In this document: piece after piece, positions 44,636 to 54,773 of the stretch
Position numbering within the stretch: the first letter of the stretch is position 1
How the letters are laid out: every line of letters begins with the position of its first letter
Assembly (NCBI GenBank): GCA_024742405.1
Contig: JANSYP010000008.1
Span: forward strand, 39,106 to 103,105
Reading direction: 5' to 3'
Length of the DNA: 64,000 bases
From: Paracoccaceae bacterium
Lineage (GTDB): Bacteria; Pseudomonadota; Alphaproteobacteria; Rhodobacterales; Rhodobacteraceae
Position numbers and translations under genes: made by a program
The notes under the pieces: model-generated
The model's database searches: none
What the model saw: only the letters and a program-made list of their open reading frames with translations
What the model was told of the DNA's origin: nothing

Positions 44636-45448
44636 ATGCCCATGACGACAGACGCCAACAGTCTCGCCGATCAGATCAGACAGAACCTGCCATTTCTGCG
44701 GCGCTATGCGCGCGCTCTGACAGGGAGCCAGGTCACGGGTGACGCCTATGCGGTCGCAACACTGGAGACGATCCTCAAGGACCCGAATGCCTTCGGGGCG
44801 GGCGGCGCTGCGAAGGTCGCGCTCTTTCGTGCATTTCACAGGATCTGGACCAGGTCCGGCGCTGAGATCGCGGTAGGAGAAACTGGTCTTCTTGCGACGG
44901 TTCAGGCCCGGCTGGCAGGCCTCACCAGCGGCGCGCGGGAAGCGCTTCTGCTCAATACGATCGAGGAGATGCCAGCTTCCTCCATCGCCTTGATCATGGA
45001 CTTGCCGGTGACGGAGGTCGATGATCTGATCGCTGTCGCACGCCGGGAAATGACAGCATCGAGTAGCGGTCGCGTGATGATCATCGAGGATGAAGCCATC
45101 ATCGCAATGGACCTCAAAGCAATCGTGCAGGACATCGGGCACGAGGCCGTCGGGATTGCACGTACGGCGCAACAGGCTATCGAGCTGGGTCAGGACACCC
45201 GCCCGGATCTGGTGCTCGCCGACATCCGTCTGGCCGACAACAGCTCCGGCATCGACGCCGTGAACAGGTTGCTGACGGATTTCGACAAGCTGCCGGTGAT
45301 TTTCGTCACCGCTTATCCGGAGCGTCTGCTGACCGGAGAGCGGCCCGAGCCCGCATTTCTGATCGCAAAACCCTATAGTGAGGCGCAGATCCGCTCCGCA
45401 GTGAGCCAGGCCCTGTTCTTTGCATCAACCGAAACTCTGCAAAGCTAG
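44636..45448 (+). CDS. phyR: PhyR anti-anti-sigma response regulator
   Basis: In-frame ATG at 44636 or 44642 within track ORF 44564..45448. N-terminal sigma-like domain (LPFLRRYARALTGS) plus a C-terminal receiver (VMIIEDEAIIAMDL...LVLADIRLAD). Confidence 0.92.
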   Translation: MPMTTDANSLADQIRQNLPFLRRYARALTGSQVTGDAYAVATLETILKDPNAFGAGGAAKVALFRAFHRIWTRSGAEIAVGETGLLATVQARLAGLTSGAREALLLNTIEEMPASSIALIMDLPVTEVDDLIAVARREMTASSSGRVMIIEDEAIIAMDLKAIVQDIGHEAVGIARTAQQAIELGQDTRPDLVLADIRLADNSSGIDAVNRLLTDFDKLPVIFVTAYPERLLTGERPEPAFLIAKPYSEAQIRSAVSQALFFASTETLQS

Positions 45449-45449
45449 A

Positions 45450-46725
45450 TGTTCAGTCCCGGTATCTGGGGGAGTGGATCAACGATGAATCGGTCTGGCT
45501 CTGAAGTCCAGGTCCTGCGCCTTGCGCGCCTCATCGCCGTCGGAGATTCCCATGTCTTGACCGGCGCACCATTGTGGAAAGCGCCAGGCTTGCGGGCGAG
45601 GACAGGGATGTAACGCAATGGGTCGTAGACTGTCGGGTCTCGGCTAAAGACAAGCCTGTGCTGTCCAGCCGCTTGGCCGTCCTACAAGGACGCGACCTGC
45701 GCACCACAAACGCGGATCTCGACAGGTCAGCAAACGGCACGGGCGTCGACCAAGACCGAGTATCGGTTCCGGTCGAAGCGAACAGGGAAAGTCTTGGAAA
45801 TAGGAGCTGGGGTCGCATGGAACCCATCGAGCGGGCCTGCATAGGAGACAAGCTTCGGGCGTTACTCCTAGAAACCCTCACCAGGTGGTTCGATCTCGCA
45901 TGTCTGCGTGGGCATGTGCCATCGCCTAGGCGACACAGCGATCCAGGAGCCCGGTATTGAGCTCATCGAGGTTCTTAAACCTGGGTCAGGCTACGAAGAA
46001 CCGCTGGCGTACCAAGCCGACCGGGTTCTCGACCTGACTGTTTTCGCATCCAGACGCTGGCGTGCATGTAACTGGTTCAATCAGAAAACGTCGGCACATC
46101 TGCTAGAAGCGCCGGCTGTGGGTGCGATCTTTGCCGACGTAGGTCGTATCGACCACGGTCTGCGTACGCTCTCAGGCGCTCGCGCGCGCAGGTGTCGCCT
46201 AAGAAGGCGAAAATCTTGTTTCGGGCATCGAACCCCATCTCCTGCGTCTCGCGCGGATAGGTCCGAACGAAGATCATCCGGCTGTGGCAAAGCCGGACTT
46301 GGGCGACCGTGATGATCGTGGTCACCCCTTCGATGACAATCACCACGTAGCTCCAGTTGAACTGGTCGGCTTCACCTGAATCGAAGCCTGGCGGGACATG
46401 CACTGCAACCGCGACTTCCAGCTCCGGCTTCGACCAGGACGCGGCATTTCGACTGACAGAAACGTAGGCGCGGTCCTATCCGAGATCGCTCGGTGCCTCA
46501 AAGATACGGATCCGCGCCGTCGCTCAAGCTTTGGCTTACACAGGTTCTCGGCCAGCTTTCGGTCAAGAGGTTTACGGAACGGATCGATCTTTGGCTTTGA
46601 TTTTACGCTGCGATGGTAGGAGAACTCCGTCGCTTCCCGTTGGATCACCTTCCGCACCGTTTTACGGAAAACTCAAAGGTCACGGCTGACCTGCCGTATC
46701 GTTATGCGCTCCCGAAAATTGAAGT
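45450..46725 (-). mobile_element. IS21-family istA remnant (frameshifts, no istB)
   Basis: ITIRQVSRDL.VFRKTVRKVIQ (HTH), KIDPFRKPLD, GEADQFNWSYVVIVIEGV...VAQVRLCHSRMIFVRTYPRETQEM, and the C-terminal part RFDRNRYSVLVDARAV...VYDPLRYIPVLARKPGAFHNGAPV, spread over different frames. Confidence 0.65.
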
Positions 46726-47811
46726 TGGAGTTCCCCCGGTTTCGTGGACAGTTATTGGCTGGAGGCTTTCAGCCCGGCGAGGGCTTTCCTTTCGTAGTCG
46801 ATCGGGGAGAGATAGCCGAGCGCCGAGTGTCGTCGCCCGGGATTGTACCAGCCTTCGATGAACTCGAAGATGGCCATGCGGGCCTCGGCCTTGGTCTGGA
46901 ACTTCCGGCGGCCGAGGAGCTCGCATTCGAGGGTGGCGAAGAAGCTCTCGCACATCGCGTTGTCGTACGCGTCACCGACCGACCCCATCGACGGCCGCAC
47001 CCCAGCCTCCTTGCAACGCAGGCCAAAGGCAATCGAGGTGTATTGCGATCCCTGGTCCGAGTGATGGATCACCCCGGACGGCCGGCGCTGGCCGACAGCC
47101 ATGTTTAGCGCGTCGAGCACGACCGCCAGATAGAGGAAGCCGGCCCAGGTCGGAACGTAGGTCATGTCGGCCACCCACAGCTCGTCGGGTTTCTAGGCGT
47201 AGAAGTTCCGGTCGACGAGGTCGGAGGCCGGGCGGACGCGCTCGTCGCGGATGGTCGTCCGCGTGCTTCGGCGTCGGCTGACGCCGACTAGGCCGTCCGC
47301 TTTCATCAGACGGTCCACGCGCTTGCGGCCCACATGGACGCCTTCAGCCGCGAGTTCAGCGTGAACGCGCGGTGCGCCGTAGGTCTGGTTCGACGTCTTG
47401 TGAACCCGGCGGATCTTCGTCAGCAGCCCCCTATCCGCCGGGTCGCGCGCCGATGGCTCGCGGCGGATCCAGGCGTAGAAGCCGCTGCGCGAGACCTTCA
47501 TCGCCCGCGCCATGGTGTCGATCGGAAACTCGGCCTGGTTCGCGGTCATGAACTCGAAGACTTCGAGGACATCGCGTCGTTCTGGGCGAACCAGGCCGCA
47601 GCCTTTGAGAGAATATCACGCTCCTGCCTGATCTGGCGGTTCTCGCGGCGCAGGGCTGGAACTCCTTCGCGAGGTCGTCGATGCTGCGGCCGGCCCGATG
47701 CAGGGCCACGATCTGCTCCCTGAATGCCGCAGGGTACGGGGATCTGGTTCTCGGCATTATGACACCTTCCGTTCAAAGTCATCGGGTGTCCACGAAACCG
47801 GGGGAACACCA
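46726..47811 (-). mobile_element. IS3-family element with intact terminal inverted repeats but a degraded orfA/orfB
   Basis: IRs TGGAGTTCCCCCGGTTTCGTGGAC (46726-46749) and its complement GTCCACGAAACCGGGGGAACACCA (47788-47811), with 20 bp perfect. OrfA pieces: MPRTRSPYPAAFREQIVALHRAGRS, LRRENRQIRQERDILSKAAAWFAQ. OrfB pieces (47193..47549, 46752..47174) have an in-frame stop and a small deletion (LAVVLDA|LNMAV). Confidence 0.75.
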
Positions 47812-48060
47812 CCTAAGCAGGTTCCGCTGGGTCGATACAGGGGGCGGGTCGTTCTGCCGCCGATAAACAGGGATGGGCCAATTCAGTCCCGCCATCTCCA
47901 GCAAGCCGGTCACCAAGCCTGTCGGTAGCCGCTTGGCAACTTGAAGAGGTCCTTGATTGTCAGGCGGAACTTGATCGCTGTATCTGAAGAACGTCGCAGC
48001 TCGGCCAAGCCTCCCGTCAGGAAGCGCAAGCCAGCTCATGTCCTTGTCCAGCCGGATCAA
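47812..48060 (-). mobile_element. IS5-like transposase N-terminal fragment abutting the IS3 element
   Basis: RYSDQ...LQVAKRLPTGLVTGLLEMAGLNWPIPVYRRQ resembles the YSD..I...L..K..F.LPLRQ..G...SLL...GL.W.VPD motif of IS5-group transposases. Confidence 0.4.
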
Positions 48061-48393
48061 CAGCGCCCGGCGATTCTTCGGTACCGAGAGTTAAAGCTGG
48101 ACCCGTTGCTCATGCGGTAGCAGGCGGGTACGGGCTTGCTCATGTGTGCCTTCTTACTGCCCGAAATCACGATGTGGCGCCTTGGCGGTCACAGGTTTGA
48201 GTCAACACCAACTCACGCGGTCACCACAGCCCTTCCCAGGCCCGCATTCTCGGACCGTTCTGGTTGTAAGAGCGAGTGACGCGCCCGATTTCAACAGGCA
48301 CACCACTTTGCTCTGCGGCCAGTCTGAAATTGCGCAAGTATCCAAATCTACAAGGGAGCCCGAAGCGGGTCGGTCTCGAGATGTCCGGCGTCC

Positions 48394-49542
48394 TCAGATC
48401 ACCGCAAGAAACAGCGCCCGCACCGAGGCGTCGTCCAGCGGGCGGGGATTTCCGCCGCAACTGGGATCGCGCAGGGCCATTTCGACCATGGCATCGACCT
48501 TGTCGGAGCCGACGCCCAGATCTCCCAGCCGCGCCGGGATGCCGAGATCGGCGCAGAGCGCCGTCGCAAACGCCACGAACCCCTCATAGCCGTCCTCGAT
48601 ACTCATGTAGGCCGCGGCGCGGTTCAGCCGTTCCTCGACCTCGGTACGGTTGAAGCGCAGCACGGCCTGCATCACCACAGCGTTGGTCGTGCCGTGATGG
48701 GTGTCGTAGAGCGCGCCCACGGGGTGCGAAAGCGCATGGATCGCGCCAAGCCCCTTCTGAAAGGCCGTGGCCCCCATCATCGCCGCGGCCATCATCTGCG
48801 CCCGCGCGTCGAGATCGTCGGGCGCTTCGTAGGCGCGCAGCAGGTTCTCCTTGACCAGCCGCATACCTTCCAGCGCGATGCCCTGGGACATCGGGTGGAA
48901 ATGGGGCGAGCAATAGGCCTCCAGACAGTGGGCGAAGGCGTCCATCCCGGTGCCGGCGGTGATCGCGCGCGGCATCCCGACGGTCAGCTCCGGATCGGCG
49001 ATGACCTGCGACGGCAACACCTTGGGGTGAAAGATGATCTTCTTTTCATGGCTCACGGAGTTGGTGAGCACGGACGCGCGTCCGACCTCGGACCCGGTGC
49101 CTGCCGTGGTCGGCACAGCGACATTGGGGACGATCGCATCGGCATCTGCGCGGGTCCACCAATCATCCACGTCTTCGAAATCCCAGACCGGGCGGGTCTG
49201 GCCCGCCATAAAGGCGACCATCTTGCCCAGATCGAGCCCGGAGCCGCCGCCGAAAGCGATCACCCCGTCATGGCCACCCGCTTTGAACGCCGCGACCCCG
49301 GCGGCGAGGTTCACCTCATTGGGGTTCGGATCGACCTCGGCAAACATCGCGTCGCCGAGCCCATCGTGGGCCAGAAGTGCGCGAGCTCGCTCGGTGATCT
49401 CCAGTGGGGCGAGTCCGCGGTCGGTCACCAGAAGTGGACGCGCAATGCCGGCGGCGCGGCATGCCGCGCCCAGTTCGGCGATGCGGCCCGGGCCGAAGCG
49501 GATGGTGGTGGGGTAGGACCAGGTGGCCGTAGGGGCGGTCAT
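48394..49542 (-). CDS. Iron-containing (group III) alcohol dehydrogenase
   Basis: ORF track, 382 aa. GGGSGLDLGK and metal-binding His motifs (HCLEAYCSP, HALSHPVG). Confidence 0.88.
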   Translation of the reverse strand: MTAPTATWSYPTTIRFGPGRIAELGAACRAAGIARPLLVTDRGLAPLEITERARALLAHDGLGDAMFAEVDPNPNEVNLAAGVAAFKAGGHDGVIAFGGGSGLDLGKMVAFMAGQTRPVWDFEDVDDWWTRADADAIVPNVAVPTTAGTGSEVGRASVLTNSVSHEKKIIFHPKVLPSQVIADPELTVGMPRAITAGTGMDAFAHCLEAYCSPHFHPMSQGIALEGMRLVKENLLRAYEAPDDLDARAQMMAAAMMGATAFQKGLGAIHALSHPVGALYDTHHGTTNAVVMQAVLRFNRTEVEERLNRAAAYMSIEDGYEGFVAFATALCADLGIPARLGDLGVGSDKVDAMVEMALRDPSCGGNPRPLDDASVRALFLAVI

Positions 49543-49543
49543 G

Positions 49544-50914
49544 TCAGGCCTTTCGGAAATGGTAGGACTTGGGTCGCGTTACCGACTGATAGCCGAGCGC
49601 GGACAGCGCCGCGCCGCGCCCGGTATCCTTGCAGCCGGTCCAGCAGAGCGCCGGGTCGAGATAGTCGCAGCGGTTCATATAGACGGTGCCGGTCTCAACG
49701 CCCGCCCCGATCTGGGCCGCGCGTTCGGGGTCGGAGGTCCAGAGCGAGGCGGTCAGACCGAAATCGCTGTCATTCATCAGCTCCAGCGCCTCGGCATCGT
49801 CGCGCACCGGCATGATGCCAACTACTGGCCCGAAGCTTTCCTCGCGCATAACCCGCATGTCGTGGGTCACGTCGGTCAGGATCTGGGGCGCCAGGTAGGT
49901 GCCGCCATCATCGGCAAAGCGGCTTTGGTCGATCAGTGCTGTCGCGCCCGCCGCCACCGCCTGGGTCGTTTGCGCGCGGACCAGGTCGGCAAAGCGGCGA
50001 TGCGCCATCGGGCCGAGCGTTGTGGCCTCATCCAGCGGATTGCCGAGCACGTAGCCTTCCACAATCGACAGCGCCTTTTCCACGAAGGCACTGAACATGC
50101 TGTCGACGACATAGATCCGCTCGATCCCGCAGCAGCACTGGCCGGAGTTGAACATCGCGCCGTCGATCAGGGTCTCCGCTGCGGCGTCGAGATCGGCATC
50201 CTCCATGACATAGCCCGGATCCTTGCCGCCGAGCTCCAGCCCAACGCCGGTGAAACTGTCCGCCGCCGCCCGTGCGATGGCGCGTCCCGCCCCGACCGAG
50301 CCGGTGAAATTGACGAAGCCGAAGCTGCGCGCCTCGATCAAAGCGCCGGTGGTGGCATGGTCGAGAAAGACATTGGCCAGCACATCTTCCGGCACGCCGG
50401 CCTCGTGGAAGGCGCGTACCATGCGCTCCGTCGCCAGCAGCGTCTGGGTGGAGCCCTTGAGCATGACCGTGTTGCCCGCGATGAGCGCGGGAGCGACGGT
50501 GTTGATGGCGGTCATGTAGGGGTAGTTCCAGGGCGAGACCACCAGCACCACGCCCACCGGCTCGCGCAGGATACGGCGCTCGAACGATTTGCTGTCCTCA
50601 ATCACCGTCGGTGCGAGCGCGTCGCCGGCGATATCGGCCATGTAGTCCGCGCGTTCGGTGACGCCGGCGAACTCCCCGCCATAGCGAACCGGGCGGCCCA
50701 TCATATGCGCGAGCTCCGGCACGGCCTCATCGGTCATCTCCGCCAGGCGCGCGACCCCGGCGCGGACAAGTTTGGCGCGCTCCTTCAGCGACCGCGCGGT
50801 CCAGGCCGGTTGCGCGGCCCGAAGCTGGGCGGCGGTGGCGCGGGCCTCGTCCTCGGTCAGGGTCGGGCGGGTGGCAAAAACGCTGCCATCGATCGGAGAA
50901 ATGCACTCGAGCAT
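49544..50914 (-). CDS. Aldehyde dehydrogenase family protein
   Basis: In-frame ATG at 50914 (MLECISPIDGS...), 5 nt after the upstream stop. ELGGKDP and FNSGQCCCGIERIYV catalytic motifs. Confidence 0.9.
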   Translation of the reverse strand: MLECISPIDGSVFATRPTLTEDEARATAAQLRAAQPAWTARSLKERAKLVRAGVARLAEMTDEAVPELAHMMGRPVRYGGEFAGVTERADYMADIAGDALAPTVIEDSKSFERRILREPVGVVLVVSPWNYPYMTAINTVAPALIAGNTVMLKGSTQTLLATERMVRAFHEAGVPEDVLANVFLDHATTGALIEARSFGFVNFTGSVGAGRAIARAAADSFTGVGLELGGKDPGYVMEDADLDAAAETLIDGAMFNSGQCCCGIERIYVVDSMFSAFVEKALSIVEGYVLGNPLDEATTLGPMAHRRFADLVRAQTTQAVAAGATALIDQSRFADDGGTYLAPQILTDVTHDMRVMREESFGPVVGIMPVRDDAEALELMNDSDFGLTASLWTSDPERAAQIGAGVETGTVYMNRCDYLDPALCWTGCKDTGRGAALSALGYQSVTRPKSYHFRKA

Positions 50915-50919
50915 CGGCG

Positions 50920-52287
50920 TTACGACCTTTCGAACCCGCGGAATACCTCCCAGTCGGTGACGCGGCGGTCGTATTCCGACTGCTCCCACCGGGCGGCATG
51001 GACATAGTGATCGACCACCGCATCGCCCATGGCGGCCCGCAGCATGGCGGAGCCGTCCGCGGCCTCGGTCGCCGCGCGGAGCGTCGACGGGATCTCGGGG
51101 ATGCCGTCTGCGGTGTAGGCGTCGCCGGTAAACTCCGGCTGCAGCTCCAGCCCGGCTTCGATGCCCGCCAGCCCCGCGGCGATCTGGGATGCGAAGGCGA
51201 GATAGGGGTTCAGGTCCGCGCCGCCGACACGGTTTTCGATCCGGATCGCCTTGGTGTTCTCGCCCACCAGCCGGTAGCCCGCGGTGCGGTTGTCGCGGCT
51301 CCAGACCGTGCGGGTCGGCGCAAAGGTGCCCGCGACGAAGCGCTTGTAGGAATTGATATTGGGCGCGAGGAACAGCGTGGTCTCCGACGCATGGGTCAAC
51401 AGCCCGGCCACATAGGACCGCATCATCGCCGAGATCCCGTGGTCTGCGTCTGCGTCGAGGAACTGCGGTGCGCCGTCGGCGGACCAGAGCGACTGGTGGA
51501 TATGGCAGGATGAGCCCGCGGGCTCATCGGCGTACTTCGCCATGAAAGTCACCGCATGGCCCTGGGCAAAGGCAATCTCCTTCACCGCCTGCTTGGTGAG
51601 CACATGGTTGTCGGCGGCGGTGAGCGCATCGGCATAGCGGACGTTGATCTCTTCCTGACCGGCCCAGGCCTCGCCCTTGGAGCACTCCACCGGGATGCCC
51701 GCCCCATAGACCCCGTTGCGGATGGCGCGCATGACGCCCTCCTCCTTTGCGGTCTGAAAGAGGTGGTAGTCCTCGTTATAGGGGCTGACCGGGGTCAGGC
51801 CGCGATAGCCACCATCGTGGGCCGTCTCGAAGCTTTCACGAAAGATGTAGAACTCCAGTTCCGAGGCCATCATCGCGCTCAGGCCCTTGGCCTCCAGCCG
51901 GTCGAGCTGCGCCTTCAGGATCGCGCGGGGGCTGACCGGGATCGGCGCATCCCCGTGATGGTCGAGGATATCGCAGATCACCAGCGCGGTGCCCGGCGCC
52001 CAGGGCAGCCGGCGCAGCGTGGCCATGTCCGGCTTCATCATGTAGTCGCCATAGCCCTGCGCCCAGCTCGCCGAGGCGTAACCGGGCACCGGTTCCATCT
52101 CCATATCGACGGTCAGCAGGTAGTTGCAGGAATGGGTCTCGTGGTGGGCGCTGTCGAGGAAATGCCTGGCGTGGAAGCGTTTGCCCATCAGCCGGCCCTG
52201 CATGTCGACCTGCGCCATGATGACGGTGTCGATCTCGTGCTCATCGACTGCCGCAGCAAGGGTGTCGATCGTCAGCAATCCGGTCAT
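50920..52287 (-). CDS. Glutamine synthetase family protein (gamma-glutamylating, GlnA/PuuA-like)
   Basis: ORF track, 455 aa. GS catalytic-domain motifs (FMAKYADEPAGSSCHIHQSLW, NSYKRF, ENRVGGADLNPYLA). Confidence 0.88.
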   Translation of the reverse strand: MTGLLTIDTLAAAVDEHEIDTVIMAQVDMQGRLMGKRFHARHFLDSAHHETHSCNYLLTVDMEMEPVPGYASASWAQGYGDYMMKPDMATLRRLPWAPGTALVICDILDHHGDAPIPVSPRAILKAQLDRLEAKGLSAMMASELEFYIFRESFETAHDGGYRGLTPVSPYNEDYHLFQTAKEEGVMRAIRNGVYGAGIPVECSKGEAWAGQEEINVRYADALTAADNHVLTKQAVKEIAFAQGHAVTFMAKYADEPAGSSCHIHQSLWSADGAPQFLDADADHGISAMMRSYVAGLLTHASETTLFLAPNINSYKRFVAGTFAPTRTVWSRDNRTAGYRLVGENTKAIRIENRVGGADLNPYLAFASQIAAGLAGIEAGLELQPEFTGDAYTADGIPEIPSTLRAATEAADGSAMLRAAMGDAVVDHYVHAARWEQSEYDRRVTDWEVFRGFERS

Positions 52288-52358
52288 GGGAAGGGTCCTT
52301 GGTCATGGGGAGCCCGGCCGCAGCGGGCCGGGCTCGGGTCTGTGCAGGCAGGCCGGGT

Positions 52359-53390
52359 TCAGCTGTAGCGATACGGCCGGCCGGCCTTTTCCATATCCGC
52401 GTTGTACTGTTTGAAGATCTCCACGACCTGCGCCTTGATCTCGCTTTCCGCGGCGATCTCGTCCCAGAAAACGCGCGCCGCGGCCTCGACCTGCGCCCAT
52501 TCGGCATCGGGGATCGAGGTCAGCTGCAGCTTGTCGCCATTGACGCGCAGAGCGGCCTCGCCGCCCCAGTACCACCACTGGCGGTAATAGTGCGACTGGT
52601 CGCAGCAAACCCGGAAGAGCGTCTGCAGATCCTCGGGCAGCTCGTTCCAGCGGTCCATATTGGCGTAGAAGGACCCGATCCAGGCGCCGGAGATATTGTT
52701 GGTCAGGAAGTAGTTGGTCACATCGGCCCAGCCGACGGTGTAATCCTCAGTGATGCCGGACCAGGCGATGCCGTCGAGTTCGCCGGTCTGGACCGCGACC
52801 TCGATATCCTCCCAGGGCAGGGTGACCGGCACGACGCCGAACTGTGCCAGGAAACGGCCCGCGGTGGGGAAGGTGAAGACCCGCTTGCCCTGCAGGTCGG
52901 CCAGGCTGTTGATCGGATCCTTGGTCGCGAAATGGCACGGGTCCCAGGCGCCGGCAGAGACATGTTTGATGCCGACCTTTTCGTACTCGGCTTCCCAGAT
53001 CTCCTTCAGCCCGTACTGGTTGAAGAGCACCGGCACATCGAGGCTGTAGCGACAGGCGAAGGGGAAATAGCCGCCAAAGACCGTGACTTCGGTCGGCGAG
53101 GCCATGCTGTCATCGTCCGACTGCACGGCATCAATCGTGCCGCGCTGCATCGCACGGAAAAGCTCGCCCGTGGGCACCAGCTGGTCGGCGTAGAAAAGCT
53201 CGATCTGCATCCGGTCGCCGGCGATGTCGTTGAACATCTTGATCGCGGGGTCGATCACATGTTCGGCCAACGCGGGACCCGCATAGGTCTGCATCCGCCA
53301 GGTGATGGTGCTCTGGGCGATCGCAGGGGCGGCCAGGGCGGCGGCGGGGGCTGCCGCGGCGGCACCGAGCAGTTTGCGTCTGGTGGTCAT
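52359..53390 (-). CDS. TRAP transporter substrate-binding protein (Tat-type leader)
   Basis: In-frame ATG at 53390 after GAGGAGAAG. MTTRRKLLGAAAAAPAAALAAPAIA is the leader. DctP-superfamily body. Confidence 0.85.
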   Translation of the reverse strand: MTTRRKLLGAAAAAPAAALAAPAIAQSTITWRMQTYAGPALAEHVIDPAIKMFNDIAGDRMQIELFYADQLVPTGELFRAMQRGTIDAVQSDDDSMASPTEVTVFGGYFPFACRYSLDVPVLFNQYGLKEIWEAEYEKVGIKHVSAGAWDPCHFATKDPINSLADLQGKRVFTFPTAGRFLAQFGVVPVTLPWEDIEVAVQTGELDGIAWSGITEDYTVGWADVTNYFLTNNISGAWIGSFYANMDRWNELPEDLQTLFRVCCDQSHYYRQWWYWGGEAALRVNGDKLQLTSIPDAEWAQVEAAARVFWDEIAAESEIKAQVVEIFKQYNADMEKAGRPYRYS

Positions 53391-53441
53391 CGGTCTTCTC
53401 CTCTGTTGAACGGCCCTCTTTGGCGGGGCCATAGGCAGAAC

Positions 53442-54773
53442 TCAGTCGGTTAGCCCGTAGACGGTATCGGGCAGCCATGTGGCGATCTCCGGCACCGCCA
53501 TAACAATGGCCAGAGCCGCGACCATCACAAGCACAAACGGAATGATCGAGCGATAGATATCGCCGAGGCTGACCTCCGGCGGTGCCATTGCCCGCATAAG
53601 GAACAGATTGTAGCCAAACGGCGGCGTCATATAGGCGATCTGGGTCGTGATCGTGTAGAGCACGCCGTACCAGATCAGATCGAAGCCGAGCGCGCCGACC
53701 AGGGGCACGTAGAGCGGGGCGACGATCACCAGCATGGCGGTGTCGTCCAGAAACGTCCCCATCAGGATGAAGCTCAGCTGCATCAGGATCAGGATCACCC
53801 AGGGGTTCAGGTGGAGCTGCTCGGTGAAAAGGTTCTCGATTGCCTTGACCGCGCCGAGCCCGTCGAACACCGCGCCGAACGCCAGCGCGGCCAGGATGAT
53901 CCACATGAACATGCAGGTGATGGCCAGCGTCTGGCGCACCGAGGTCTCAAAGACAGTCCACGTCATGCGCCCCTTGAGGATCGCCGCGAGAAACGCCGCG
54001 AGCGCGCCGATGGCGGAGCTTTCGACGAGGCTCGTCCATCCATTCACGAAGGGCACCATCATCACCGCGAAGATCCCCAGCGGCAGGAGCCCGGCGGTCA
54101 AGAGGCGCAGTTTTTCGGCCCGCGGCACGTCGCGCTCGGCGGCGGGCAGGGCGGGCCCGAGCTCCGGCTGCAGCCGGCAGCGGATGACGATATAAATAAC
54201 GAACATCGACGCCATCATCAGCCCCGGGATGACACCGGCGAGCCAGAGCTGGCCAACCGGCTGGCGGGCGATCATCGCATAGAGCACCAGCACGACCGAG
54301 GGCGGCACGAGGATGCCCAGAGACGATCCCGCCTGGATGACCCCGGTCACCATTCGCTTGTCATAGCCGCGTTTGAGTAGCTCCGGCAGGGCGATGGTGG
54401 CGCCGATGGCCATGCCCGCGACGCTCAAGCCGTTCATCGCCGAAATGAGCACCATCAGCCCGATTGTCCCGATGGCAAGGCCCCCGCGCAGTCCGCCCAT
54501 CCAGACATGGAACATCCGGTAGAGATCGTCGGCGATGCGGGATTCCGACAGCACGTAGCCCATGAAGATGAACATCGGCAGGGTCAGCAGCGGATACCAT
54601 TTCATCAACTTCATCGCCGCGGAGAAGCCGAGGTCATAGCCGCCCCGGTCGCCCCAGAGCAGCAGCGCGGCCATCACCGCCACAAACCCGATGGCGCCGA
54701 AAACCCGCTGGCCGGTCAGCAGCATCAGCATCATGGTCGAGAACATGAGCGCGGCGATCAGCTCGTAGGGCAT
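53442..54773 (-). CDS. TRAP transporter large permease (DctM)
   Basis: In-frame ATG at 54773 (MPYELIAALMF...), overlapping the dctQ stop. Polytopic DctM-like sequence. Confidence 0.9.
   Translation of the reverse strand: MPYELIAALMFSTMMLMLLTGQRVFGAIGFVAVMAALLLWGDRGGYDLGFSAAMKLMKWYPLLTLPMFIFMGYVLSESRIADDLYRMFHVWMGGLRGGLAIGTIGLMVLISAMNGLSVAGMAIGATIALPELLKRGYDKRMVTGVIQAGSSLGILVPPSVVLVLYAMIARQPVGQLWLAGVIPGLMMASMFVIYIVIRCRLQPELGPALPAAERDVPRAEKLRLLTAGLLPLGIFAVMMVPFVNGWTSLVESSAIGALAAFLAAILKGRMTWTVFETSVRQTLAITCMFMWIILAALAFGAVFDGLGAVKAIENLFTEQLHLNPWVILILMQLSFILMGTFLDDTAMLVIVAPLYVPLVGALGFDLIWYGVLYTITTQIAYMTPPFGYNLFLMRAMAPPEVSLGDIYRSIIPFVLVMVAALAIVMAVPEIATWLPDTVYGLTD

Noticed and set aside
45294-45311. 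Palindrome CGGTGA-TTTTCG-TCACCG resembling the GGTGA/TCACC operator core
   Set aside because: It lies inside the phyR coding sequence (PVIFVTA), its spacing is N6 rather than N5, and it lacks the TTTGG flank. It is most likely a coincidence.
48694-53453. Plus-strand ORFs 48694..49815, 49523..51007, 51556..52368 and 52299..53453
   Set aside because: They are antisense to the ADH, ALDH, GS-like and TRAP binding-protein genes. All are Arg/Gly/His-rich shadows.
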